A stretch of DNA of 64,000 nucleotides from Candidatus Omnitrophota bacterium. Its GTDB lineage: Bacteria; Omnitrophota; Gorgyraeia; B26-G9. Of the stretch, positions 9,689 to 22,500 are shown one piece after another. Location: contig JBDRPX010000003.1 of NCBI GenBank assembly GCA_043826565.1, positions 3,614 through 67,613 on the forward strand, read 5' to 3'. A model generated the notes under the pieces. That model saw nothing but the letters and a program-made list of their open reading frames with translations. It did not search any database and was not told the DNA's origin. Both the position numbers and the translations under genes were made by a program. The first letter of the stretch is position 1, and every line of letters starts with the position of its first letter.

Positions 9689-10054
9689 ATGTCAGATAAA
9701 GAAAGAAGACAATACAAAAGAATTAAAGTTGAAAAGATTGGGGCGGATTACCGTCTTGTTGACCCTAATTTTTGGGCCCAGTCCAGAGCGCAGGGGAAAA
9801 ACAGTTTGCAGGATATTAGCCTTAGCGGAGCATCGTTTAATACCGGAGATATTTTGCCGGAAGATTCTGTTTTGGATTTAAATCTAAAATTGGGAAGTCT
9901 GATAAATATTGATGGGATTTGCGGCCGCATTGTCCGCGTACGAAAACTCACTAGCGAGAATTTTGAAATTGGGGTTGTTTTTTCCTGGTGGGAAAGAGAA
10001 GAAGATAAGCAAAATCTCGTAAAATTTATGGAACAAACCGGAACTAAACAATAG
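9689..10054 (+). CDS. PilZ-domain protein (putative c-di-GMP receptor), 121 aa
   Basis: ERRQYKRIKVEK (RxxxR) and DISLSGASF (DxSxxG) motifs. C-terminal VFSWWEREEDKQ motif. Confidence 0.7.
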   Translation: MSDKERRQYKRIKVEKIGADYRLVDPNFWAQSRAQGKNSLQDISLSGASFNTGDILPEDSVLDLNLKLGSLINIDGICGRIVRVRKLTSENFEIGVVFSWWEREEDKQNLVKFMEQTGTKQ

Positions 10055-10067
10055 AGCATCCTGAGAG

Positions 10068-10101
10068 GTTCCGCGAGCGAAGCGAAGCGCAAAAGCGGAA
10101 C
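10068..10101 (+). terminator. Candidate hairpin after the PilZ gene
   Basis: GTTCCGC (10068-10074) / GCGGAAC (10095-10101) 7-bp stem with a 20-nt loop and no U tract. Weak. Confidence 0.25.
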
Positions 10102-10369
10102 AGGTTGCCCGCAATCCGATGGTGCGATTTCAACACATCCCCTTCCTTTAATTAGTCTATTATAGAAACAAATTTTTTAGTTATTTGTGATGAATTTGTG
10201 TTTTATTTTAAAAATTTCTTTTAAATATAATTTTTTAAAGTAAAATATTTAGTTAAGAAAATAACGCATTTTTGGGCAAGTCAAGAAATGACTGGTTTTA
10301 GCTGATGGGATATTTTCGTAACTCCTCTATTTTTAGTTAGTTACATTCCGAAGAAAACTCAGATTTTTT

Positions 10370-10398
10370 TTGACACCCCCCACTTTTTATGATATACT
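10370..10398 (+). promoter_or_regulatory. Sigma70-like promoter for the giant gene
   Basis: TTGACA (10370-10375), exact 17-nt spacer, TATACT (10393-10398), with an AT-rich UP-like tract upstream. Predicts a leader of about 150 nt before ATG 10552. Confidence 0.6.
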
Positions 10399-10551
10399 AT
10401 AAATGTGTTAAAAAAGTAGGAAAAAAATAATATAACTTGTTCAAAAATAAGGTAATTACAAAAAACATATATAGATTTTTAGTTGACTGATTAAAGAGCT
10501 GGTAATTCAAATGTTTATTGATTAAATTGAGTGTTATGAAAATCAGGTGAT

Positions 10552-13500
10552 TTGATGTATTACTCAAACAAAAAATTCAGTCTCGGTTTTAAAATAATCG
10601 CTGCGGTGATTATCCAGGCTTTTTTGGTGACTGATATTGTTTGGGCTGCCGGTGGAGATCTCCGCTGGATAAATGATCAGGAGAATACATCACGCTCGGC
10701 TTCTAAAACTTCCTATCTTGCGCCTACCGCAAATATTAACAAAGGCATATTCCGCACAAAATTTGATTTAGTAGTTTCGCTTATTAATGCTATGGAGAAT
10801 CGGGATAATACGGAACTATTGGCTAAACATGGAATTAATGTGTTTAGTGAAAATGTCCTCTCTATTCAGGGTGAAAAAGAAACACTTTATATTTATGATC
10901 GGAATGCTGAGGGTATTCCTTTGTTCATAACCGGGGCAGAGCAAAAGATTATATTTAATGGGTATGTGATTTCTGCTGTGCCCAATGAAAATGCTGATGC
11001 GCAAAGTCTGAATGTTCCGGAGGGTCAGGCAAGTGTTCTGAGCCGGCGTGAATTTAGTGATAAGCTTAAAGTTTTGGAAACGCAGGGAAAGGACTTTAAT
11101 CAGGAGGAGGCTCTGGAATTAGTAAAGCAATCAATACTTTTAAGCGGGCTTACCGGTGGGCAGTGGAAGGATGAAAAGTGGGTTATTCAGAAAGATGCGA
11201 TTGTCTTGATGCAGAGCGGTATGGTTGTTCGGATGCCGACTTCTGCGGGTAAGACATTTGTATTTAACGGTACCGGGATATTAAGAAGCCTGGCCAATAA
11301 ACTAAATCCGGATGCGCAAAGGGAAGTATCTATTGTTCATACTGAAGAAGGCTTGATTGAAAGAGACGCGAGAAATGCCGGAAAAGTAAATGGCCGTTTC
11401 GGGCTGAAAACAGGATATGTTGTTTCACGTGATGGTAAAAGAACAGCTTATTTTGTTGATGCTAATGGACAGGAGCAGGAAACCACCGAGCAGGAGCTTT
11501 ATAAAGAAGCAAATATCGTTTATGTGAATATTTATAATTTCATCCATCGTTTTTTGGATGACCGGTTTACCGCCAGAAAAGCCGGGGATCAGGCTTTACG
11601 CTGGGGAGAGCAGACTTATTTTGTTGCCTTTGACGAAGGTGATGTTCCATTAAAGCACCATGTTTCTACGCCTTGTATAATTTCCGGAGGAGAAACCCTG
11701 AATGCGGATGATCTCGTGAAGCGGGCGGAACAGCTGCTTAAGATGCAGGAAATCATTGATCAGCTTATTCATGAAGGACTCTTGAATGAAGACGGAACCA
11801 GGGCCGAAAATGAATTAGCGGAAGTTAAAACTGGTTCTCAGACCGCGACTCTTACGAGAAAAGGAAAAGCCTGGCTTAAAGATAAACTTCAGCAGGTAGA
11901 GCAATACAAAAATAATCAAGGTAAACAATCTATTTTTGCGGATGATGCTTTATGGGAAGAGCATGTCGAGCAAGCGCTTTCCGCTTATTTATTTTACCGT
12001 AAAGGTGAAGCCTATAATATCTCCGAGAATAATGAAATCGTGATCATTGATAAAGATACCAGCGGTATGCAGTTAGCCGGAAGGCGCTGGAGCCATGGAC
12101 TTGATATTGCGGTAAGGTTAAAAGAAAACAGAACCAGAGATGAAAACAGTAAGCTGGAAATTAAACCTGACCAGATGACGATTGCTTCCATGATGCTTCC
12201 GGAAATCCTCAGCGATACGTTGGGACTTGTTTCCGGAATATGCGCGGCTTCGGCGACGATCAATAAAGATACCGCGGATATGTATGGTTTGGATTTTAAA
12301 TCTCTTAGCGGTGAAGCTTCCAAAAGAACAGAGCGGGTAATTATGAGTTCTGATCAGGCTGAATCAGCGCGGAATGCGCTTAAGGCAATTGATGTTCTAA
12401 AAGCGGGAGTTGCGGCTGATGAATCAATGCAGGATTGGGGCCTTCCGGAAAAATCAGGATCGGTATTAATCCGCTGTGATGGAGAAGTGCAGGTTCGTGA
12501 GTTTGCCGATTTGCTTATAGCAAATACTCAGATGAAGGGCCGGAATATCCGGCGGATTACTCAGGATGGGAAAATACTTGATGCCAGCGGCAAAGAAGTT
12601 CCGGGAATAACTATTGATGATCTTGATTCTTTGGTTAGTGATGAAACAATTGATAATGTAATAATTGAATTTACTTCCCAGAATCGCGAAGTGCCGGCGG
12701 ATGGGAAAATGCTTAAAGATCGGATAGAAGATCTTTCTCAGCATCCTAAAGTTATAATTGTATCCACACACTTAGCCGGACGCGGAGTTGATTTTAAGGG
12801 CGATGATATGGTGGTCATGTCTTTAAGCGCTGACCCGGCTGAAGAAACTGATGTGCAGTTGAGAGGCCGCGGCGGCCGTGACGGCAGAGTGGGTTACTTT
12901 TTCGGATTTTGGTCAGTCCAGGATGCGGTATTTACAAAATATACAAGTCTGGTTAATGAAGAACTGAAATATTTCACCGCTAAGGTTAAACCCGGACAAA
13001 CGCATACTTTTGAGATCACCAATGATAGTAAGACCGCGGGTGATAGTGAAAAAACTGTAATGGCAATGCGCGAAATAATAAACGCGCATAATCAGAATAT
13101 GCGGCGCGCGCAAAAAGCTTTTGGTGAATTATCATGGAATGAGGGGGATGAAAACGGTTTTGGCGAAGGTTTTGCCAGAACGCACTCCAGAGCCAGAGAG
13201 CGGATCATTTCTAAAGGAATAGAAGGATTAAATATTCCGGAGGATGTTTTAGCCGCGATCAAGACTAAAATCAGCAAGGTTGTTAAACAGAAGCGCAAAA
13301 CTCTTACCGGGATACCCAGCTCGGCAACGGTTATTTCGATATTAGAAGATGAGTTTGGGTTAAAGAATGTTGATGCTGATATTGCACAGCAAGCATTAGT
13401 TTCGGCACAATATAACCTGGAAATGGCTTTATTTACGGTTATTGCTGATGTGCTTCAGGCTAGAGCATTACAAATCGTTGATCAGCAATGGATGCGTTTT

Positions 13501-16500
13501 GTTACCGATTCAGAATACCAGAAACATCGGCTGGAAAAAGCACTGGCGAGATCGGGATATCGGAGACAGTTTATTCCCCAACAGCAGTTTGATTCGGAAA
13601 TAAGGCTGGTCATTACGGAAATTTTTGAACGGATAAATAAGGATACCAAACGGCGGCTGGGTGAAGGGGTTATCGGTCTGGCTCATCAACTTGCGGATAA
13701 AACTCCTACGGATACGGAAATGTCCGAAGCTAGCGCTGCCGCTCAACCAGACCGTGTCCCGTTTACGGCGCGCATGAAATTATTGGCATTAAAAATAATT
13801 CCTTCGGCAGTTATGATTGCGGCTAATGTCGGTCTGGCTTATGGACTGGGCTTAGTATTTAAAGGACTTACTTTAGGCGGGGTTGAAGCTGCTTCCGGAT
13901 TACCCATAATCGGAAATTTGATTACATTACTTCTCGGTTTGGGGCCGGTGGCACTTGTGGCGATTACTATTGGTACGATAATTATTGCCTGGTCACTTAA
14001 TTCTCAAATAAAAAGATTATCACAGGTTGATTCTACTATTGCGAAGATGGCTGAAGCTATTTCCTTGGGGCATAGGAAAAAAGCTAAAGAATTAGGAGCA
14101 ACGGTTGTTACTTCTTCATGGCGTAAAACTCTTACGGTTACTGCTACTTTCGCGCCGCTGGTCGCGGCCATGACTCTTTTTTCACTTTTAGGTTCTGCTC
14201 CTTTTACCGCGGGAAGTGTGGGAGTTATTGTCCTGCTGGCTTCAGCGGTATTAGGTATAATAAGTGTTGTTTCTTCCGGATTGCTCTTGGCGACTTCACG
14301 TAAAGATATGAAAAATGCCCCGAAACTTCCCATGACGGCAACAAAAAGATTTTTCCGCGGAATGATCGGAGGAGCTTTAACTATTTTAGGTATGGGAGCA
14401 TTTTTGTTCGCTTCCGGCGGCACTATGGGGCTGCCGATTCTTGCTGGTATCGCGGCGATTATTGCCAGCGGGTTTATTGCCCGTAAAATATTCTCTATAA
14501 GCAGTGATGATGTGGCCGCGAAAAAATGGGTTACTCCGATGGGTTTTGTCGCGGGTATCGCGGTCGGACTGGGAATTATTTTAGGGGTGGTCCCGTTCTT
14601 TGGCGCTCAGGTTTTTGAATCGATGACTACAGCAATGCAGACCGGAGCTATGCCCGGAGGCGGAGTGCTTAAGGTTGTGGGATATCTGGTAATGGGATTG
14701 TTTGCTTTTCAGGGAATAATGTTTGTTGGAGCTCAGCGCTATGCCGCAAAAAGAATTGCCGGGCAGGAAGGCGGGCTTACCGGAGAAACAGGACAGATAA
14801 AGCGTAAACAGCTGGGCTACATGATCAGAGCCTCAGCACTTAATGCCCGCATGGTCATGATCGCTGTCGGTGCAGTTGTCGGAATAGCTTTGCTGCTTAC
14901 CGGAGCATGGGTTGCTCCGGTTGCCGGATGGGGAATCCCGATGTGGGGCGCACGATTACTCGCTGCTTTGCCGGTGATGGCTTTATTTAGTGCCTTGGGA
15001 TTTGTTTTGCAGCGTTTTATTACTCGGGCATTAGATAAACCGGTAAATTATTCCTCTCTTGCCAAACGAAAAAGAAAAGATTTTCTCAGTATCCAATCGC
15101 AGTTAGAAAAGGTTGGCCTTAGAGATTTTTCAAATAATATCGGCGATGTAGTTAATGAATTTAAGAAGGATGTTGCTAAAACAAATAGTCCTTTGGAATT
15201 GGCTTATCAAAAGCTTGGCGGTATTTCTTCGGAAGATAAGCTTTTTCAGGCATTTCTTAATGAACTGCAGAACTCAACGCCTAATGACGGAAGATATTTT
15301 TCTCAGGCAGAGATTGATCATCTGGTTGCCAAAATACCGGAGGCATTATTAACTGCTCAACAGCGCCCGGTTTTCCGAAAAGCCGTTACCGCGGTTTTAG
15401 TTGAACTTAATCTGGCTAAAATCGGATTCGATAGATTATTCTACACTGCTTCCAATCCGGAAAAAATCACCAAAGGAATGAATTCTTTTCTTATGCCGCT
15501 TATGGGCACTTCTATGCTTGTGGCTGCTCCGACTGCTGCGGCAGTTGCCCAAAGCCAATATGCCGGAGTTCCCTATACTAATGTTGAGGTCAATGTCGCG
15601 GAAGCTCCGCAGAAGGTTCGGGATTACTATAGCACTTTAGCGGGGAAGATGTTTGAGACTGTTCCGGCAGAAGAAGATGCTGATGCCCAGGTTCTTCCAC
15701 AGCAGGGAACGATTGATTGGGGGACACAGGTTGAATCATTTACAGCTAAGCAGATAATCAGCCGGATAGAAAAAGACGCGGCGGAAAAATTTAATGCGGA
15801 TATTGAGCAAGCGCGGCAAGAAGCAGAACAAGCGCAGACCGAACGTGAGAAAATAGCGGCTAATCTGAAATTAATGGAGCTTGTTATTAACCGCAAGAAA
15901 TTTATTTTAGACCAGATTGATAAACATGCGGAGGTTACCGCGGAAGATAAACAAAAAGCAAAAGATATTTTAACCGATGTCAGCCGGCTGGAGGCACTTA
16001 TCCAGTATCAGCAGATGATTGATATGCGGGAAGAGATCCTGAATAACCAAAAAGAAAGACTGGATAAACTTCAGAAACAATTAGCTGCCGCAGCGGATCA
16101 GGTGCAAAAAGATATTCTAACGAAAACAATAGAAGATCTTAAAAAACAAATCCAGGAAGCAGAATTGACGGTTACCAGACATCGGGAAGCCTATGCAGCA
16201 CAGGCACAGGAAAAAGGAATCGATCCGCTGCTTTCTACTAAAGAGCTTACCGATCAAAAAGACCGGATGATTGCTTCGGTAATTGGTATTCCTGCCTACA
16301 TTATTAAATTGTCACAGGAAGTTGAAAGAATATTAAGTTCACAGCAGATGCTTAAACAGCAGGAAGAATTGTTGAATCTAAGGGAACAAGCCGAAGCTGA
16401 GCGTAAGAAGCAGGAAGCTGCTGAGCAAGCCAGAAGAGAAGTTGCGGAAAGAGCAGCAGCGGTAACCAGAGTAGATACGGTAACCGATGGTTCCGGACCT

Positions 16501-19500
16501 CCGCCGGAAGATAAAGAGCCGGCAGTTACACGGACAGATCCTGTTGCCGGGCCGGCTCAAAGAAGAGATTTTTCCGTGGCAGAAGTAAGCAGTGCTTATT
16601 TGAATAACGGCTACAGTCCGCAGGATGTTTCCGCTATCCTTAATACAGCAGATGCTCCGGCAACCGAAGCATTCCAGGGAATAATTCAAGCAAAAGGTGT
16701 GGCCTATTCTAAGCAGGCAATCCAGGATTTAATAAACGGCGGTTATAAAGAAGCGGATGTCTATGCCGGGGCAGTTACCGAACTTCAAATCAGAGGCTAT
16801 AATGCCGAACAGATCGTAATATTACTGCTTGATCCTGTAACCGCGGGCACAGAACCTACTGCCGAGCAGATGGAAAGAGCAAAGCTCTTAGCCGGTATAT
16901 TACTTAAAGGAGTAACCGAACAGAATAAATTGCGCGCGGCATTGGATTCTCTAATATTAATTCCGGAAAGATTAGGCGTTGATAGTCCTCCGGTTCAACT
17001 GGGAGCAATGCTTACCGGCCGGCCGTCGCTTAGTGATGTTTCTCTAAAAGCAAAACTTGACGCGCTGCAGCAGAAACTTGATAACAAAGAAAAAATCACA
17101 CAAGGTGATATTGACAGTGCTTATGATTTAGTCGAGAGAGTTCTTAAATGGCGGGTTGCTGAAACCGCATTAAAAGACATGGCTAGACAGCGGCAGCAGC
17201 AAAGGGAGCAATCAGCATCAACATTAGTTGCTCCGGTTGATGCTACAAATATTCCTCGGGCCATAATCGTAGATGAAGACGCGGATACGGTTACTATTCC
17301 CCGGGCAATAATTGTCAGCGAGGATTCAGATAATATTACTATTTCGCGAAAGAGCATTACCGAGGCTTCTCTTCCGGAGTTACCGGCATGGGGGCCTCAG
17401 AATGAAGGGATTTCAGATGTAGGAGTTTTACCGCCAAAAGACGCTATTGGTTCGGATAATATTATTATTCCCCGGGCAATAATTGTCAGTGAAGATGCGG
17501 ATACGGTTACTATTCCTCGGGCAATAATAGTTGAAGAGAATGCCGTGGCTAGCACTCCTCAACCGGATGCAGAACATATTGTCCGAAGCGGAGATCGTGT
17601 CGGTGAAGTCATGGTTGACCTGGCTTCGAATCCTACGCAGTGGCAGGCGATTGTAAATATTTACAATAAATTTGCGCATGATAATCCGCAATTGGGATTA
17701 AAATTAATCAGAGTTTCCGATGGTACTTCCGGAGTTAATATTTCCTGGGTCAATCCTGTGGATGCGGTAAATACTGCCGCGGGCTTGACCGTGACTTCTT
17801 TAGCCGATCAGCTTGCCGGTAAAAAAGCAGTTACTGCGGCAGATTTTGGTATTAGCCTGGATATTGACCTGGTGATTCGCATTGAAAGCAATGCCGACCC
17901 GCGGGCGGAAAACGCTAAGAGTAAAGCCAGAGGGCTGATGCAGATAATGAAAGAAGGAGCATTAGCCGATTGGAATAAATATCATCCGCGGGAACAGTAT
18001 TCTTTTGACGATATGTGGGACGCGGATAAAAATCGGAGAGTAGGCAGTTGGTATCTAAATCTAAGAATACCCCAGATGCTCCAGGCTAGTAATAAAGAGA
18101 TCACTTTGGAAAATATTTTATGGGCTTACAATGGCGGGATTAAAAAGGTGGTTGACGGTGTCCTTCCTAATGAAACCAGAGATTATATTAGAAAATATAG
18201 AGTCGGCCTAATAACAACCGCGGATAATCTTACGGACCGGATTACCGATCTTCTGGTCAGCAATGATATTAGAGGATTGATCCAGGTTGCCAGCGGTGCT
18301 AAGCCCGGGGAAGTCCTCGCAACTACAGCGGCGGCGCCAAAAGAGGGAACAGCAATAACTCAGGCTAAACAGCGGCTTTTAGAAGCTGTGGGGCGTTATC
18401 AGGAAATGGAACAAAGGTATCAGGAACTTGAACTGGAATATTCGCGTTACTTTGATGTTATTCAAAGCGGCGCGTATTTTCTGGATCTTAAAAAAGGTGT
18501 TATTGATGTTAATGCTGTAGCCAAGCTGAAACTGCAGTTGGAAAAGCTAAAGAAAGTTGATCTGGAATTTAGAAGAACCCAGTTGGAATTTATTCAGGAT
18601 TCTCTGGAGGCCTTAGAAGCGGAGATCAAAAAGCTGGAAGAGTCCGCGGAAACTTTACAGAGCAATGATGATATTCTGAATTCTTCCTTAGCCAGACTCC
18701 AGGAACAGATAGAAGAAACCGCAGCTAATATTACTTCTGCCGGAGTACAGATAGAAAAACTAAAGAGTTCATTGAAATTGTGGCAGCAGGCGCTTGCGGA
18801 TGTTAAAGCCGGGAAAAAGGTAAACATACCGCAATTACTGGGAATGGTCAGAGAAGAAGATAAAATATATGCCCAGCAGGTTGCCGCGGCGAAAAAAGGA
18901 GATGTTACACAATTAACCGCGGAGCAGACGAGATTGGGAATTGATCCTGATCGCGCTTTGATTATTACTAATGTACAAATTGATGCTAATGCCGTAATCC
19001 TGAATCAGGCAGGGATAGATATTAAAACGCTTAATTTGATGATCGCGAATAATCAGTGGCTAGTTCATCGTTTAGGTGATCGTGTCGAACTTGCTCCGTT
19101 TGCCGGAAGTTCTCCGGTCAAGATTGAATATTTTATTTTAGGACACAATTTAACACCTCTGGCCCGGGAAAGTGCTTTTAACACGGCGATCACCTATTGG
19201 GAAAAACAGCTCGAATGGGCAATTGCCGATATTCAATATCTGCAAAATATACGGCTTATTTCTCCGGAAGTTTCCGATGAAGAAAAGAAAATCATTCAAG
19301 GTCAGGTAAGTAATCTTCGGGATAAAGTGCAATTTGCTGAAGCTACGATCGCTGATCTTAGGGGTGATCTTGATTATTGGAAATTATCCCCCACCCAAAG
19401 AACTAATGCCCGGGCTCAGCTTGCGGTAAGGAAGTTGAAAGTAGTTAAAGGGAAAGTTTCCTTTTTTACCGACGTGTTAGCTTTGTTGAAGGATATGGAA

Positions 19501-22500
19501 GCTTTTGGCCGGAAGCAGGCCCAGGAAGGAGTAGATTACTGGCAGGTTGAAATAGATAAAGCGATAAACGAGCTTAATTTCTTAAATACAAAGATGTCAT
19601 CTTTACAAGCACAGCTGGCGGCGGATCCTACTAATGAAATGCTCAAGAAACTCATACCTATAGTTGAGCATCAGATCTCCAATAAAAAATTATATAAGAC
19701 TTTTGCCGAACATTCAAAACGGGATACGGAAAAAAATCTGGCTTATATTACTTCCGGCGGTATTGGTGAATCGCGTGCCGCGATCATTTCCCGGTTTAAA
19801 GCTCTGGCTGCCGAAGGGGCTGTTTATTATGAAGATACGACATCTTTAATCACCACCATGCTGCAATACCAGACCCTGGAGATTGATACAGGTATTGCTT
19901 ACTGGACAAAAATGAGATCTGATTCAGCTACCCGGTTAGAGCAGGTAGAAGCATATTTACAGGATTTTAATATTGATAATTTACCACTTGATCATCCGGA
20001 TAATATTTTCGGCGAAGAAGGCATCCCGGTTTCAGTTGACCGGAGAATGGCTTTGCAGCAGGCTATTCTTGATCCTAATAATGAGGCCAAAGATGCTCAG
20101 GGTAATTTTGTTTCCGCGGTCAAAGCTAAAAAATGGGCCCAGGAACAGCTGGCGGTTTTTGAACAGAGAATTACCGATGAGATGGCGAAGCCGGAAGCAG
20201 AAAGAAATCAAAGCAATTTGACTTTATGGCGCGCGGAAGTCCAAAAAAGGAAATTATATATTGCGAATGCCGATACGCAGATCAAGAAAGCAACCATATA
20301 TGTAAATACTCTGGGAATGCTTAAAGCTGCCTATATCGCGGAAAGGACATCCTTAGAATCATTAATTCCTTTATCTCGTTTAGAGCTTGATTCATTGGCA
20401 AAAAATAAGGCCTATGTATTAGGATCATCTTCGGAAACCGACGCGCAGTTTATTCAGAGAAATATTGATCTTATTAATGAAGAATTAAAATTTTATCCTT
20501 TAGCCAGACAAGCCGCGGCTTTGAAATTGGAATGGCTGGATAAAATTAAGCAGGATGCCGCGGTTATCCTTGGTGAAATATCTCCTGATACTCATTCTAC
20601 AATTGCCGCACTTGTGGCTGAGCATGAAAAAACAAAAACCGAACTTGAAAAACAGCTTGCTGAGGCGCAGGAAGGATTGCGTCTGGTCCAGGCTGAGATT
20701 AGTCAGGGCATGGCTTGGCTGGATAAACTGAATAACCGTGATCATGATGTCTTAACCCGTTTGCGGGAAAGACAGGAAAGCCGCCTGGGTCAGCTTGAGC
20801 AAATGATTCGCGCTAAGGGCAGAAAAATATATCAGGCTAATCTGATTAAAGAAGCGCAGCGTCAGATCGGCCAGGAAATTGAACGCTTAAAATCTTTAGG
20901 GGTCAGTGAGATCGCGATCGCGAACATAACCCGTAATCAGCGAAATGATAATTTCCCCATGGTTTTAGATAGAGCTTCGTTAGAAAAGTTTGTCCGTGGC
21001 CTTACCAGCAGTCCGGATGCTCCGCAGGATTTATTAAAGATAGCTCAGGAAGGTTTTACTCCGTCTAATGCCCGGGATATCTTAGCGCAGTTGGGATTGT
21101 CTTTAGAACGTATGGATCTAGGTGAAGATTATTATATTGTTACTCATCTTGGTTTTGGCGGGGAGTGGCAGGAAATGTACTTACGCTTAGGTAACTTCTT
21201 CGGTTCCCATAAAAATATTCAGGTCAGCCCGTTCATTTACACAGTGGAAGCTACGGAACCGCGGCGCGGTGCTGAGGGTATGGGATTGGTCATGGATATT
21301 ACCCCGGAAAATAAACCGATTTATTACGGTTTGGTAGTTGATATTTATAAACCAAAATATCAGCAGCTGGGCTGGGATTATTCCATGACCGAAGAAAAGG
21401 TCCGGTTAATGATCACCCAGGATTATACCATGCTGATGATGCCGGAAAAAGATGAAACCGGTAAACCGACCGGTGAGTATCGCGCGTTTGTCGGCGCGAC
21501 CATGTTCGCGGATATGCCGGCTAATTTGCAAATGGGAGAAGACCTTACAACGATTGGCGGTACTTTGCGCGCTGATCTAAAACTTACCGAAGCATTTAAG
21601 CTTAAAGGAATTATTTCCGGAGCAAGGATTATTGATCCGTATAATAAGAGATTTGAATGGGAGTTTGGGGATCAGCAATTATTCCCGGATGAAGTAAGAC
21701 GTTACGCGGCAACTGTTGAAGGACAGGAAATGAGTATGCTTTATGAACGCCTGGCCTTAGAAGTGGATATGTGGAAGCTTTTGAAAAAGAGCGGTAAACA
21801 GGTAGATACTGATCCGGCAAATAAAGAAAAGCAAGAGCGTCTGGATGCACTGGAACATCAGATCGGTAATATTAATCTGTTCTTAGAATTAGCAAAAGCA
21901 TTGCAGGATCCCCAGCAGGCAGCAACAGATCAGACTCAACAAAGAGCGAGAGAATATTATGCGGATACCACTGCTTTACTGGCTGTTTTGCAAAAGAGCA
22001 AAGATAAAGAATTACAGCCGTATATTGCTTTCTGGAAGAAACAGCAGGAGATCGCTTATATTATTAGTGAAGGTGGAAAACTGCCGCAGGAATGGACTGT
22101 TTATATGCAGGATGCGCAGACTCAGCTGAAAGCTCTTAAGAAAGTTCAGGAAACACTTGATGCCGACTTAAACTTCCAGAGAGAATTTACCATGCAGTTC
22201 TTTGTCCAGAATGAAAATAATACTGAAGGATATGATCAGGCTTCCGTGGGTATTGGGGTGGCTCATTCATTCCGCTGGAATCTGGTCGCTCCGATAGAGA
22301 CAAGAATTGCCGCAGAAGGCGCGGTTGGACAGCAGATGAATCAGGCGAGTATTGAAGTAAATAACCGTATCGGCGGTACTGACGGGGTTGATGTCGGTGT
22401 CCGGGCCAGCAGAAGAGGCGAAAGAAATACTTATATGTTTAGAGTGGCTAAGAAGGTTCTGGGTGTGGACTTAGCCGCTACTTACGGAGATCAATACGGA

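Noticed and set aside
17251-17545. Direct repeats considered as a CRISPR array
   Set aside because: The repeats are in-frame coding units (IPRAIIV...) inside a CDS. Only four copies exist, in a 2+2 layout, without uniform-length unique spacers. No cas genes.
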